A stretch of DNA of 31,037 bases. Source: a virus (Duplodnaviria > Caudoviricetes). Position 1 is the first letter of the stretch, and each line of letters opens with the position of its first letter. The notes beneath the pieces are model-generated. The model was given only the letters and a program-made list of their open reading frames with translations. It did not search any database and was not told the origin of the DNA. Shown here one piece after another: positions 8,448 through 17,389 of this stretch. Both the position numbers and the translations under genes were made by a program. The DNA lies in the IMG/VR virus record IMGVR_UViG_3300025141_000479, positions 1 to 31,037 of that record. One strand, 5' to 3'.

Positions 8448-10616
8448 TTACCGGGTGGAAAGTTCCTGGAGATAGGGGATGACGTGCTTTAGAGCCCAGG
8501 CTTGCTCGCTGATGTTTGAACCCGGCAACTCAGCCCCCTTGTCCCTCGCTGTATGCGGAGGAATGAACGTCACTCCCGGCAAAGTGCCTAGTGTTCTGGC
8601 CAGGATCCGGGCATAGCCGCGGGGATCCTTTTCGATCGCTTTGCGGGAGTCTGCATCGGTTTTGAAAAACGGTTCAGTGTAGTAGAACCTGGAACTCTTA
8701 CCCTCGTAGATGACCCCATCCTTGTTCTTGCCGGTCGTCCGGATCGAAGTTTTCACTCCTTTGGAGCGCATCCAGGCTTCAGTCTCTTTCAGATACTGTT
8801 TCACTTTGGAAACGGCACCCGCGGGAGCGTGTTTAGGAACCACCACTTCAATGCCAGGTGCCGGAGCAGGCTTCCCTTTTTTTCCGGCATTAAAGTCAGT
8901 TGAGATGACGTATTTCACTCCCTTGAGAGCGGTTCTCGTTGCGGGAGTAGCACGGTGAGTGTCCAGTACTTTGAATGCTCCCGGGACAGGAGCCTCTGGA
9001 ACTCTCACAGCACGAGGAGCCCCTTCGAGGGCTTCGTCCCGCAGCGCGAGCTTCTCAGCGCTCGACAAATTGCTGTAGCCCTCGAAGGTGCCGGGGGCGC
9101 CTGGAGTGTCCCTGACTTGCTCGAAGGCTGATCTGCCCTCCGGATTGGCATACCACTCGGGGATCCCTGTTTTTCGAGTTCTTTGGGCCCGGGGGAATTG
9201 GGGATGCCCCGGCCTCGAGTAGCGCAGGTCTACTTTTTTGTCATCCGGCCCTGGGGGATTCCCGGGGGGCTGGACTTTCCCGTCCCGTGACAAGGCATCT
9301 AGAAGGGTCGCGTCATCCTCCGATAACTCCCGAGTGGTTTTGACCGGTTCAGTTTCAAATCCACCGGCCTTCAGCGCAGCGTCGATATACTCATCAGTCA
9401 GGACACGGTTGTCTATGTAGTACTGATTGATCGCGGCTTCAATCTCTTGGGAGGTTTTCCCTTCGACCTGCAGCTCCCTTACCATGCGACCAATCTTCAG
9501 CTCCCGGTCGGCATACTTCAGCTTGTTTCGAAGGATCTCTGCGTTTGCTTCCGGCAACTTGTCCAGGCCGGGAGAAATCTTGGAGAAATAAGCCATCTCC
9601 TTCTCAGAAACCGCTCCCTTAGTGAGCTGAATCTGCCCCATCACCTCTTTGCCGTATTCGACTAGAAGGACTTGAGCGTTTTTGGCTTTCAGCTTTGCCT
9701 TGTCGAAGCCAAGGGCAGCACCGACCTCGTTAAGGAACTTGACCTGGTTTCCCCCAACCCCGGAGTAGACCGTATTTGTCCCAATGATGTTCAGAGCCTT
9801 AGCCAATCCTGCCGTGCTTTGCTCTAGCTTGGGCTGCGCGGTGAGCCTCTCTTCCTGTCCTTTGAGTGCAGCCGTCTGTCTTGCGCTTTTCTCCTCGTAA
9901 GTGAGTCTCTCGTCCCCGGCCAGCACTCCGTGTCTCTCGACCGGCACTGGATCAAACATCTGGAGGATCTTGGACCCCTGCTTCATAAACTGATGCTCCT
10001 CCACCTTGCCCGTTTTCGGGTTCACCCGCTTAAAGGAGTCCACCGACAGAGTGCCGGTGCCTTTCTGCTGCGCGAGGATTGCCTGCATCGCACTCGACTT
10101 GTAAGCATTGACGGCCTCCTGGTCTTCTCCCAGCTCCTTGAGTGTGCCGATAGAGATCTCTGCCAGCTTCTCCGGGTCTCCTTGTGAGTTCACAAAGTCA
10201 GCCAGCCCCATAGCCTGGCCTTTCCGGGCACTAGCCTGGAGCTGCATTGTTTTCGCGGCAAACCCCGTGCTCATTGCGTCGGAGGCCAGCTTGAAGTTCG
10301 GCTCCATCGTTTTGGCAAACGCAAACCTCTCGCTCTGCCGGTTTTCCGGGTCGTTCAGAAAGTCGGCCGCGCCCTGGGCCATCTCCTTGAACGGGGAATC
10401 CTCCGGCAAGAACTTGGCCAAAGCCGTAGCCTGGACCTCCTTCTCTTTGGTGAAATCCTTGATTGCCTTGCGCTTCTCGAGGCCTTGGCCAACCCCAGCT
10501 CCGAGAGCTGCGAGCCCTTGCCCCATCGCTTCCGCGCCAATGGCTGCACCCTTCAGCATTCCGCTGGTATCTGCCCTCTGTAACTCGGGCCTGATGGTAT
10601 CACCTATTCTTGGCAT
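8448..10616 (-). CDS. Internal virion/DNA-ejection protein (722 aa) with C-terminal amidase-like domain
   Basis: Position in the ejection-protein cluster; GAVSEKEMAYFSKISPGL motif; C-terminal ISTDFNA/GIEV/TEPFF/IPPH..DKGA..SE motifs. Confidence 0.7.
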   Translation of the reverse strand: MPRIGDTIRPELQRADTSGMLKGAAIGAEAMGQGLAALGAGVGQGLEKRKAIKDFTKEKEVQATALAKFLPEDSPFKEMAQGAADFLNDPENRQSERFAFAKTMEPNFKLASDAMSTGFAAKTMQLQASARKGQAMGLADFVNSQGDPEKLAEISIGTLKELGEDQEAVNAYKSSAMQAILAQQKGTGTLSVDSFKRVNPKTGKVEEHQFMKQGSKILQMFDPVPVERHGVLAGDERLTYEEKSARQTAALKGQEERLTAQPKLEQSTAGLAKALNIIGTNTVYSGVGGNQVKFLNEVGAALGFDKAKLKAKNAQVLLVEYGKEVMGQIQLTKGAVSEKEMAYFSKISPGLDKLPEANAEILRNKLKYADRELKIGRMVRELQVEGKTSQEIEAAINQYYIDNRVLTDEYIDAALKAGGFETEPVKTTRELSEDDATLLDALSRDGKVQPPGNPPGPDDKKVDLRYSRPGHPQFPRAQRTRKTGIPEWYANPEGRSAFEQVRDTPGAPGTFEGYSNLSSAEKLALRDEALEGAPRAVRVPEAPVPGAFKVLDTHRATPATRTALKGVKYVISTDFNAGKKGKPAPAPGIEVVVPKHAPAGAVSKVKQYLKETEAWMRSKGVKTSIRTTGKNKDGVIYEGKSSRFYYTEPFFKTDADSRKAIEKDPRGYARILARTLGTLPGVTFIPPHTARDKGAELPGSNISEQAWALKHVIPYLQELSTR

Positions 10617-10622
10617 GATATT

Positions 10623-11504
10623 TTATCCTACACCCCCAGCCCAGGCTCCCAGTCCCTGCGCGATCCCTCCCCAGATCTGACCGTGCATGGCCTGCTGGCT
10701 CCCGTAGGTATCGGCCTGGTATTGTGTTTCCATGCCCTGACGAGCCAGGTCCATGTTCACTCCCATATCCGGGTTGAATACTTGTGGAGTCGCGCGCTGA
10801 GATAATCCCATCGCTCCACCGGCAGTCTGGAAGTTGTAGGGCATTGCCGCTGCGGGTCGTCCCAGGACGGCCATCATCGGATCGGCCCCGGTCGCTCCCA
10901 GCATCTGGAATAGACCACCACCGGCTTGTTGCGCTTCTGCCCGGTTCTGACGCAGGATTCCCTCACGTCCCAGAGCCTCTGAGAAGATTCCCATATTGTC
11001 TCCCACCCTGCCTCGCGCTGCAGTCGCTTCACGAGCACTCTGCTGGGCCATTCGGGACTGTTCTGGAGTCACTCCCCGGGCCCGGGAATACAGATCCTCT
11101 GTGAGGCCGGTCTGGCTTTCAATCAAGCCTTGCATTGCCGGGTCGCTCGCGCGCAGAGCTGTTATGTAATCCGCTCCCAGATCGCTCACGTCGCGCAGGT
11201 CAGCCTCTCGCTGCGACCTGGCCGTGGCAGCGCGCATCCTCTCCGTAACCGGAGCCGCGCGCTCATAGAGGGACAGAAGCCCTTCCTGGCCTCCCCGGCC
11301 AAACAGGGCAGTCTCCTGCCGTCCTAGCTCATTTTGGAGATACTCGGGCCCGTACTGTCTTTCGGCCTGTACCAGTCTTCTTTGGAACTCCGGATCCGTT
11401 ATCCCCTGGCCTGCTTCCCAGTCTGAGCCAAACAGGAATCTTCCCATGCTCTGGTTCGCGTCTATGCGGTCTGGCATCGGTGGAGGATCTGATTTCTTGC
11501 CCAT
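10623..11504 (-). CDS. Small internal virion/ejection protein (293 aa)
   Basis: MGKK..PPP N-terminus, Q/A/G-rich helical body, G/A-rich hydrophobic C-terminus, and position after the tail genes. Confidence 0.65.
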   Translation of the reverse strand: MGKKSDPPPMPDRIDANQSMGRFLFGSDWEAGQGITDPEFQRRLVQAERQYGPEYLQNELGRQETALFGRGGQEGLLSLYERAAPVTERMRAATARSQREADLRDVSDLGADYITALRASDPAMQGLIESQTGLTEDLYSRARGVTPEQSRMAQQSAREATAARGRVGDNMGIFSEALGREGILRQNRAEAQQAGGGLFQMLGATGADPMMAVLGRPAAAMPYNFQTAGGAMGLSQRATPQVFNPDMGVNMDLARQGMETQYQADTYGSQQAMHGQIWGGIAQGLGAWAGGVG

Positions 11505-11985
11505 GATTCTTTAGAACTCTTACAAAGATCTTCTGCGACCACTCTACCAAGGTCGGTCCATCCTTTCTTTCGCGCAGGCTGTAGAGTCTTGAGGTTAGCA
11601 CGTCCGGTGCCTGGGCAATGAGCTGCAGGCACAGCTCCCGCAGGATTCCGGGCTTGGCCCAGCAGAAGGCCAGGAAGAACGAGTCCCCGTCCTTGTCGTC
11701 CGGGGTCCAGTTTTTGATGTCGTCCCAGGTCCAGTCCTGGCTGCAGCGATACCACATGAGAAGGCCGTCGATTTCTCCCTCGGTGCTGTGCCAGGCCAGC
11801 GTCTCCTTCAGGTAGTGGTAGGCAATGAGTAGCCGAACCACTTCCGGGTCGAAATTGTGGACAACCTCCACATTCTCGGGAGAGGAGTAGACGTAGTCGT
11901 GCAGCCGGTTGATGAGATCCCAGACCGGGGCCGGAACCTGTTCCTTGTCGATCAGGCTCGCAACGTGACCGGCCTGCAGGATCAT
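11329..11985 (-). CDS. Hypothetical protein, possibly the GNAT-like virion assembly protein often found between tail and ejection genes
   Basis: Starts immediately after the upstream stop. GEIDGLLMWYRC...FFLAFCWA pattern. The 3' end overlaps the next gene by 176 nt, so the end is uncertain. Confidence 0.5.
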   Translation of the reverse strand: MILQAGHVASLIDKEQVPAPVWDLINRLHDYVYSSPENVEVVHNFDPEVVRLLIAYHYLKETLAWHSTEGEIDGLLMWYRCSQDWTWDDIKNWTPDDKDGDSFFLAFCWAKPGILRELCLQLIAQAPDVLTSRLYSLRERKDGPTLVEWSQKIFVRVLKNHGQEIRSSTDARPHRREPEHGKIPVWLRLGSRPGDNGSGVPKKTGTGRKTVRARVSPK

Positions 11986-12753
11986 CTAGGTTGAAAGGGT
12001 GCCGAATACGACGAAGCTGACGTGCCGGGGGGATGTCAGGACCGGAGCGTGTATTTTGAATTGTCCTGCATCCACGATCTCGACTGCAACTGAGTCAGCC
12101 TCATCATCGTAGTCGCTGGTGTCATGGTCTTGAGCGATCACAGGGTAGTTGGCACTACTCATGTCCGTCGTCAGGTCGAACGTGTAAGTCTCACCGGAAT
12201 ACGCAGTGCAGGTACACCCGTAGAGCCCGAGAGCATCAGCAGTGCCAGCAGAACCGTCCATCTTGATGATTCCGTATGCCCTCGGAAGCGGAAGATACTG
12301 CATGAAGTCGAGCTTCTTCAGATTGCCGGAATCATCCGCGTCCGAAAACAGCATGACATCTGTCAGCGAAGGGACTGCAGTGAGCGCAGTCTGACCGGTG
12401 ATGACATCGTTGGAAAGGTGCTCCTCATCAATGCTTCCATCGACGTACTGGTCGGAATCAACGGACTCTACTGCCATCTTCGCAAGCGTGACGTTAGCGT
12501 CCTTGATCTGGTCAGTTTCCACTGCATCGTCGGCAATCTTTGCCACTACGATTGCATCATCATTGATGTGGCTGGTCGCAATCCCGTTGCCTCCTCCCGC
12601 AGCCTTCAGCCGAATCGCTCCGGATGAAAGCTCGAGGGTTGTGTCGTCAACCGCGCTCGAATGAAACGCAGAATTCGTAAATAACGAGTTTAGCGTAACG
12701 TGAGTGAGCTGGTCGTCCTCCGAGAAGGAAGTAGTCGTGGTTACCTTTGGCAT
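11986..12753 (-). CDS. Tail fibre/appendage-like protein (255 aa)
   Basis: Roughly 10-aa repeats (HINDDAIVVAKIADDAVETDQIKDANVTLAKMA) and a beta-rich C-terminal domain; follows the nozzle-like gene. Confidence 0.6.
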   Translation of the reverse strand: MPKVTTTTSFSEDDQLTHVTLNSLFTNSAFHSSAVDDTTLELSSGAIRLKAAGGGNGIATSHINDDAIVVAKIADDAVETDQIKDANVTLAKMAVESVDSDQYVDGSIDEEHLSNDVITGQTALTAVPSLTDVMLFSDADDSGNLKKLDFMQYLPLPRAYGIIKMDGSAGTADALGLYGCTCTAYSGETYTFDLTTDMSSANYPVIAQDHDTSDYDDEADSVAVEIVDAGQFKIHAPVLTSPRHVSFVVFGTLST

Positions 12754-12754
12754 C

Positions 12755-14977
12755 TTATGTCGTACTGGTTGCGGTGTTGAACGTGTTGGTGGCCCGAACT
12801 CCTACTGCGCGCAGTTCTGGTCGGCCAAGCGAGGGAGTCCAGTCGAACTGGCACGAGAACCCTCGCGGATTGCCGGTCCTAGCCCGAACTGAGCCTCCTT
12901 CGCTTTTCTGCAAGACTGCCCCGAGCATCGTATCGATCGTGCCCAGAGTCGTCGTGCTGTCTGGGTCCTCAGTTATAAGCGAGAGTGTCCCATCGCTAGC
13001 GCTCTCCGAGTCCGAAACGAACTGGGCCTCCAGGAATTGGAACCGCTTCCGCTCGATCGTCCCGTGCGTATAGCCCCGAGTGCGTAGTTGAGCTGGGATT
13101 GTGGTCTTGACCGTCGATGAGGCCCCGGCCGCAGGGGCTATGTCGTCCAGGTTTAGCCCTGTCTGGTCGAGTTGGTGCACTCCCCCGTCCTCAGTCACGG
13201 CAAATAGTTCGTTCACCTTGCCGGTCCTGGCCGGGATCAGATCCACGATGCCCCAGTTGTCTGCGCTTGTGGAATCGATCGACTCCCAGCCCTGGGTGAG
13301 GAAGTTGAAAATGAAAATCTCGTTGTTGACCTCGCTGTCCCCGGTTGGGACGGCCAGCCAGTATTTGTTGTCGTGGACGCAGGAGACGGCTTTGTCCGCA
13401 TGGGCCCGGTTGATCCGCTTGATCTCGGAGTCGATCGCTTCTGAAAGTGGTTGGTCGAGGCCGCGCAGGTTGAGTGCGTCGGCAAAGGTGACTCCCATCA
13501 CTCCGTTGTCGGAGAGGAAGAACAAGTGACCGGCATGGTAGACGATGCTCTTTCGAGCCAGGCACCCCAGCTCGTTCGTCAGCATCCTGACTTGGACATC
13601 AGCCAGGCTCCCTGAGGTCCCCAGAAGTTGGTGGATCGAATTGCGGTTGAATACGACAAGCCGGTCTGAGTCGAACTGCTGCAGCCCCACAATGAAATCT
13701 GCAGTGCCTCCGCTAATGCGGAACTGGTTGTAGATCGTGTCAAAAGTGGAATTGTCCAGGATGTCACTTGCAATGAGTTCGTCGTAGATTGCCGGGCTGC
13801 GACGTGCCGGACTGGCCGCGGAATCGTGCGTGTAGGGTGCCCAGACTCGACGGTTGTGGTAGGTTGCCCAGGCTGATGCCGGGTGATGCTGGAATCCTCC
13901 ACCCAGGCTGACCTGAGAGCGAAGGAAAACATCCGCTCCCAAGCTTCCGGTATCGTCAGCCTTGGACCTGCCATAGAAATAAAATTCGTCTGCGTCTACT
14001 TTGGTGATCAAGTATTCGTCCCCGTCAACGAGCGTTGTTGGACCTTTGTCCGTTATTACTATGCGGTCTCCCGTCGATAGGTTGTGAGCTGCTCCCGCGT
14101 TTCTGGCCCAAAGGAATTTTCCAGCTTTGTCGATAGTCACCTGTCCCTGCATCTCCACCTTTTGGGTGTAGGTTCCGGATGAAACCTTGCGGAAAGAAGG
14201 TGCGCTTGCGTCAGATCCGCTAAATCCATAGACCGAGTCGTCCGGGTCGAATGCCCAGGGAGTCTTCCCGTCCTGCCGCAGCATGACGACATCGAACTCC
14301 TGCTGAAGCTGTGCGTCCTGGTTGAGAGTGTCGCTCGGGTAAGAAATCGCGGTGGTGGTAAAGTCCGAGAGTTTGACCGCGGTCGCACCATCGTTGTCCG
14401 CGATGATGATATATTCGTCGTTGTTTGAGTTTGGGTTGGTGAACCGGCAGGATCCGTAGATGGCCTGTCGGCCTCCCGTCAGTTTTGCTGCTCCAGCCGT
14501 GCCCCCGGACCAGGATCCGCTCGTCCCTGAGATAGTAACATCAAAATTCGTTGCATCGACCCAGGTTGCAGCCCGGTTGCCATTAAGCGTTCCAGTGCCA
14601 CCGGTAAAGCTGGCAAGGTTGACCATGCCCCCAGTCTCAGGGAGCCCGTGAGCAACGGGAGAACCTCCCCCGGTTGTGATTCTGATCCTGCCAGAGCCTT
14701 GGTCCGCTCCTGTGCTGCTGCCAATCGCTCCGATCAGAACAATCGCAGAGGTCCCGGTCGATGCCCGTAAATAAGGGAACACGTCGCTCGAAAGGACAAC
14801 TCCCGAGACGTTCAAGTACCCTTCTCTCACCTTGGCCGTGCCGCTTTCCTCAAAGCGCATATTTTTGGAGATGGAAACATCCCCAGGCTTGAGCTGAGAC
14901 GGCCGGAGCCGGGTGACTAGCGCTCGGAAGCCAGAGTCCCCATCGAATAGAATCGGACTGTCGAGGGCTTCAGGCAT
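12755..14977 (-). CDS. Tail nozzle / tail tubular B-like (stabilisation) protein (740 aa)
   Basis: Size, position and beta-propeller-like motifs (GCLARKSIV...LFFLSDNGV, KYWLAVP...IFIFNFLTQGWES). Confidence 0.7.
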   Translation of the reverse strand: MPEALDSPILFDGDSGFRALVTRLRPSQLKPGDVSISKNMRFEESGTAKVREGYLNVSGVVLSSDVFPYLRASTGTSAIVLIGAIGSSTGADQGSGRIRITTGGGSPVAHGLPETGGMVNLASFTGGTGTLNGNRAATWVDATNFDVTISGTSGSWSGGTAGAAKLTGGRQAIYGSCRFTNPNSNNDEYIIIADNDGATAVKLSDFTTTAISYPSDTLNQDAQLQQEFDVVMLRQDGKTPWAFDPDDSVYGFSGSDASAPSFRKVSSGTYTQKVEMQGQVTIDKAGKFLWARNAGAAHNLSTGDRIVITDKGPTTLVDGDEYLITKVDADEFYFYGRSKADDTGSLGADVFLRSQVSLGGGFQHHPASAWATYHNRRVWAPYTHDSAASPARRSPAIYDELIASDILDNSTFDTIYNQFRISGGTADFIVGLQQFDSDRLVVFNRNSIHQLLGTSGSLADVQVRMLTNELGCLARKSIVYHAGHLFFLSDNGVMGVTFADALNLRGLDQPLSEAIDSEIKRINRAHADKAVSCVHDNKYWLAVPTGDSEVNNEIFIFNFLTQGWESIDSTSADNWGIVDLIPARTGKVNELFAVTEDGGVHQLDQTGLNLDDIAPAAGASSTVKTTIPAQLRTRGYTHGTIERKRFQFLEAQFVSDSESASDGTLSLITEDPDSTTTLGTIDTMLGAVLQKSEGGSVRARTGNPRGFSCQFDWTPSLGRPELRAVGVRATNTFNTATSTT

Positions 14978-14979
14978 TT

Positions 14980-15237
14980 CTACCTGCTATAGGCCAAAAC
15001 AGCTCCACTCGAGAGCGCGATCTGCGAGAACGAGCCATAAATAATTTGTCCCGAGTCGATCTGCAGAGTGGTGTCGAAGTCTGTGATGTTGCTTGTGGTG
15101 TAGGCATTGTTGATAACGGCCGCTGCCCCACCTACGGCCTGGATTGCCATGAAGCTGCCGGTATGAGCCGAGGTATCGTTGATGAATGTGGAACCGTTTC
15201 CACCAGTGAGAGAATAAGCCGTCTGTCCTTGAGCCAT
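14980..15237 (-). CDS. Small putative virion protein (85 aa)
   Basis: Beta-rich G/S/T-rich ORF ending IYGSFSQIALSSGAVLAY; abuts the nozzle gene and follows a conserved upstream motif. Confidence 0.65.
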   Translation of the reverse strand: MAQGQTAYSLTGGNGSTFINDTSAHTGSFMAIQAVGGAAAVINNAYTTSNITDFDTTLQIDSGQIIYGSFSQIALSSGAVLAYSR

Positions 15238-15245
15238 GCGGGAAT

Positions 15246-15271
15246 TCTCGCACCCGCTGTCTGAACTATTT
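15246..15271 (-). promoter_or_regulatory. Conserved 26-bp motif copy 1 (putative late promoter/regulator site)
   Basis: Minus strand AAATAGTTCAGACAGCGGGTGCGAGA, 24/26 identical to 19457-19482. Confidence 0.6.
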
Positions 15272-15484
15272 CTTCATTAGCGACTTCAGAAAATCCCGAG
15301 TTTTCTCGTCCGCTATCTCTCGTTGAAACTGCTCGAGCTGCGCTTCTATCCTTTTCCGCTGCCAATCATTCAGACCACCTATTTTTCCCCGTTTTTTCTT
15401 TTTCGGCTTTGGAAGGGCTGGGGTTTCAAACAGACCCTTCAGGGCTGACTTCTTCCTGTTCCCGCTGGGGCTTCCGTAGGCCAT
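15266..15484 (-). CDS. Hypothetical basic protein (72 aa)
   Basis: Start overlaps the upstream stop; K-rich N-terminal half. Confidence 0.6.
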   Translation of the reverse strand: MAYGSPSGNRKKSALKGLFETPALPKPKKKKRGKIGGLNDWQRKRIEAQLEQFQREIADEKTRDFLKSLMKK

Positions 15485-16434
15485 TATAGTTGTGATGACT
15501 GTCGAGCCTGGGAACTCCCGTGAGTCCTGACCCGGTGGTTAACAAATTGATTCCCGCGGTTCCGGTCGAGTCGCTCGAGTTCGAGCTGCAAAGCCTTGTT
15601 TGCCCGGGCCTCCAGTGCGAATGACTTCTCGACAAACCCGTCGCTGGCCAGTGTGTCAGCAAAGACCCCGAGCGAAATATAATCTCTCCACTCCATTGGG
15701 ATGGTTGTCGTGTCACCGTCCTGGTCTCCGTAGGTTTCGGTCAGCCTGCGCTTGTAGGTAAGGTATACAACCGGAAATGACACAGTTGCAGTGCTGATGT
15801 CGCTCTCGCTTGCCACAACCGTAAACGCATGAGCAATCGCGACCGAGACAGAATCGACCGGGGTATCCACCTGAGCGCCCACTGCTGTCAGAGTGAACGT
15901 ATCATTAACGATGTCGTTTGCCGCGGCCTGACTCGTCACCACGTTTTCTACCTTGACCGTCCCTCCGTTGATAGCGTCTGTTTTTCCAGGCAGGGTGATT
16001 ATTGCCGATCCAAAAAGGTATCCCCACTCGGTAATGGCCTGTGATGCTCCGTAGGTGGCCTTGTAGCCCGGGAGGATCACTCCATCCTTGGCCATCAAGA
16101 CCTCGTATTCTCGAGGACTGGTGACGGCAAACGGGTTCGCGTTATGAGCCCGGAGCACAGTGTCGATGTCTCCTGCTTGGATGCTTGTGCAATTTGTATC
16201 CGCAGAGGTTGTCCCCACAAAGGGGACGTAAAGATTGGTCGGATCCGAATCGTTGACCACTCGCTCCTCTCCGGTGACCAGGAACTGGTCCCAGAGATCC
16301 GACTCACGATAGGCAGACCGGGCCCTGGAGTTCACCAGGTGACGAATGCGAGTCTTCTCAACATCTATAAACGTCGCACCATGCAGCGCTTCGATTGTCG
16401 AGAGCAGATTGGCATAAGTCTCGGTCTGGCTCAT
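15484..16434 (-). CDS. Head-tail adaptor / tail tubular A-like protein (316 aa)
   Basis: Helical N- and C-termini typical of adaptors (IRHLVNSRARSAY...W; IPMEWRDYI) around a beta-rich insert; position after the capsid genes. Confidence 0.6.
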   Translation of the reverse strand: MSQTETYANLLSTIEALHGATFIDVEKTRIRHLVNSRARSAYRESDLWDQFLVTGEERVVNDSDPTNLYVPFVGTTSADTNCTSIQAGDIDTVLRAHNANPFAVTSPREYEVLMAKDGVILPGYKATYGASQAITEWGYLFGSAIITLPGKTDAINGGTVKVENVVTSQAAANDIVNDTFTLTAVGAQVDTPVDSVSVAIAHAFTVVASESDISTATVSFPVVYLTYKRRLTETYGDQDGDTTTIPMEWRDYISLGVFADTLASDGFVEKSFALEARANKALQLELERLDRNRGNQFVNHRVRTHGSSQARQSSQL

Positions 16435-16835
16435 CAGTCGTTACTTTTCAGGTGAGGGTTACGTTTCAGGTAGTCCTTGGTGAATTCTTCATCGTCCCAG
16501 CAGCCAGGTCGCGAGGTTGCAAAGGCAAAGTATTCCTCGGCTGGGATAGAGGCCCGGTGCTGGTAGGTTTTCTGCTTCTTGAAGCGAACGTCCTCTTTCC
16601 ACTCTCGAGCCTCCGCGGCTGACACCTGATTGGCCTTCCGCTCGTTTTCAGCCAGGTTCTGAGCCTGCTTGGCTACGGCCCCGTGCAGCTCCCGGAAGAG
16701 TCCATCTACGTTCAGGTTCTCGTCCTTGAGCGCAGCCTGCTGCTGAATGTAAGCATCCCTTCGTTCGAGGAGTTGGCCTCCGCGCCGGAGTTCTCCTTCC
16801 TGCGCCCGGGTAAGGTTCTCTACGACCTGTATCAT
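16434..16835 (-). CDS. Hypothetical phage protein (133 aa)
   Basis: Coupled to the downstream gene; C-terminal ASIP..EY...W.D.EF..DYLK.NP motif. Confidence 0.7.
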   Translation of the reverse strand: MIQVVENLTRAQEGELRRGGQLLERRDAYIQQQAALKDENLNVDGLFRELHGAVAKQAQNLAENERKANQVSAAEAREWKEDVRFKKQKTYQHRASIPAEEYFAFATSRPGCWDDEEFTKDYLKRNPHLKSND

Positions 16836-16848
16836 CTGGACAGGATCC

Positions 16849-16885
16849 CCCCGGCCAGGAGGGCATTATACCTTCCTGGCCGAGG
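16849..16885 (-). promoter_or_regulatory. Strong GC-rich hairpin after the capsid/decoration genes
   Basis: Minus strand CCTCGGCCAGGAAGG-TATAATG-CCCTCCTGGCCGGGG; no downstream T-tract. Confidence 0.6.
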
Positions 16886-16908
16886 TTTCCTTGGTGGACG
16901 GAACCAAA

Positions 16909-17361
16909 TTAGACGCTCTCAGGGTTGAGACGCTTCATATCGACGAAGACCGTGATCTTGCCGGTATCAAGCTCGGACACGTTCGCTCCTGATGCGGTAA
17001 ACAGGATGTCGATAGTGTCAGCCGTGGTGTAGAGCTTGCCCTGCTGCTCAGTCCCGGTCCCCCCGTCGATGTAGGCACCAACCCCGTTGGAGTAAGTCAC
17101 CTCGGTTGCATCGACGTGCGTCTCGATGTTGTCCAGGAAGCCGTCAGCATCGCTGCCGTCCCCGATATCGATTGCGAGAGCGCTGGTAGAGCCCCCGTCG
17201 AATGCGGTTTCAAGGTAGTAACCTACGGACCTAACGATCCCCCCGGCCGGAATAGCCAAGGTGAAGGTCTGGGTCGTAGCCTCTGCGGTGAAGTCACCGT
17301 GTTTGATTGTGATGTAGTCTGAGTATCCGTTGCTCAGCTCGTTGTTTGCTACTCTAGCCAT
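16909..17361 (-). CDS. Putative capsid decoration/minor head protein (150 aa)
   Basis: Directly follows the capsid gene with a near-identical strong RBS region; beta-rich and acidic. Confidence 0.6.
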   Translation of the reverse strand: MARVANNELSNGYSDYITIKHGDFTAEATTQTFTLAIPAGGIVRSVGYYLETAFDGGSTSALAIDIGDGSDADGFLDNIETHVDATEVTYSNGVGAYIDGGTGTEQQGKLYTTADTIDILFTASGANVSELDTGKITVFVDMKRLNPESV

Positions 17362-17389
17362 GATAGTTGTTCCTTTCGTTAGTTAGGAT

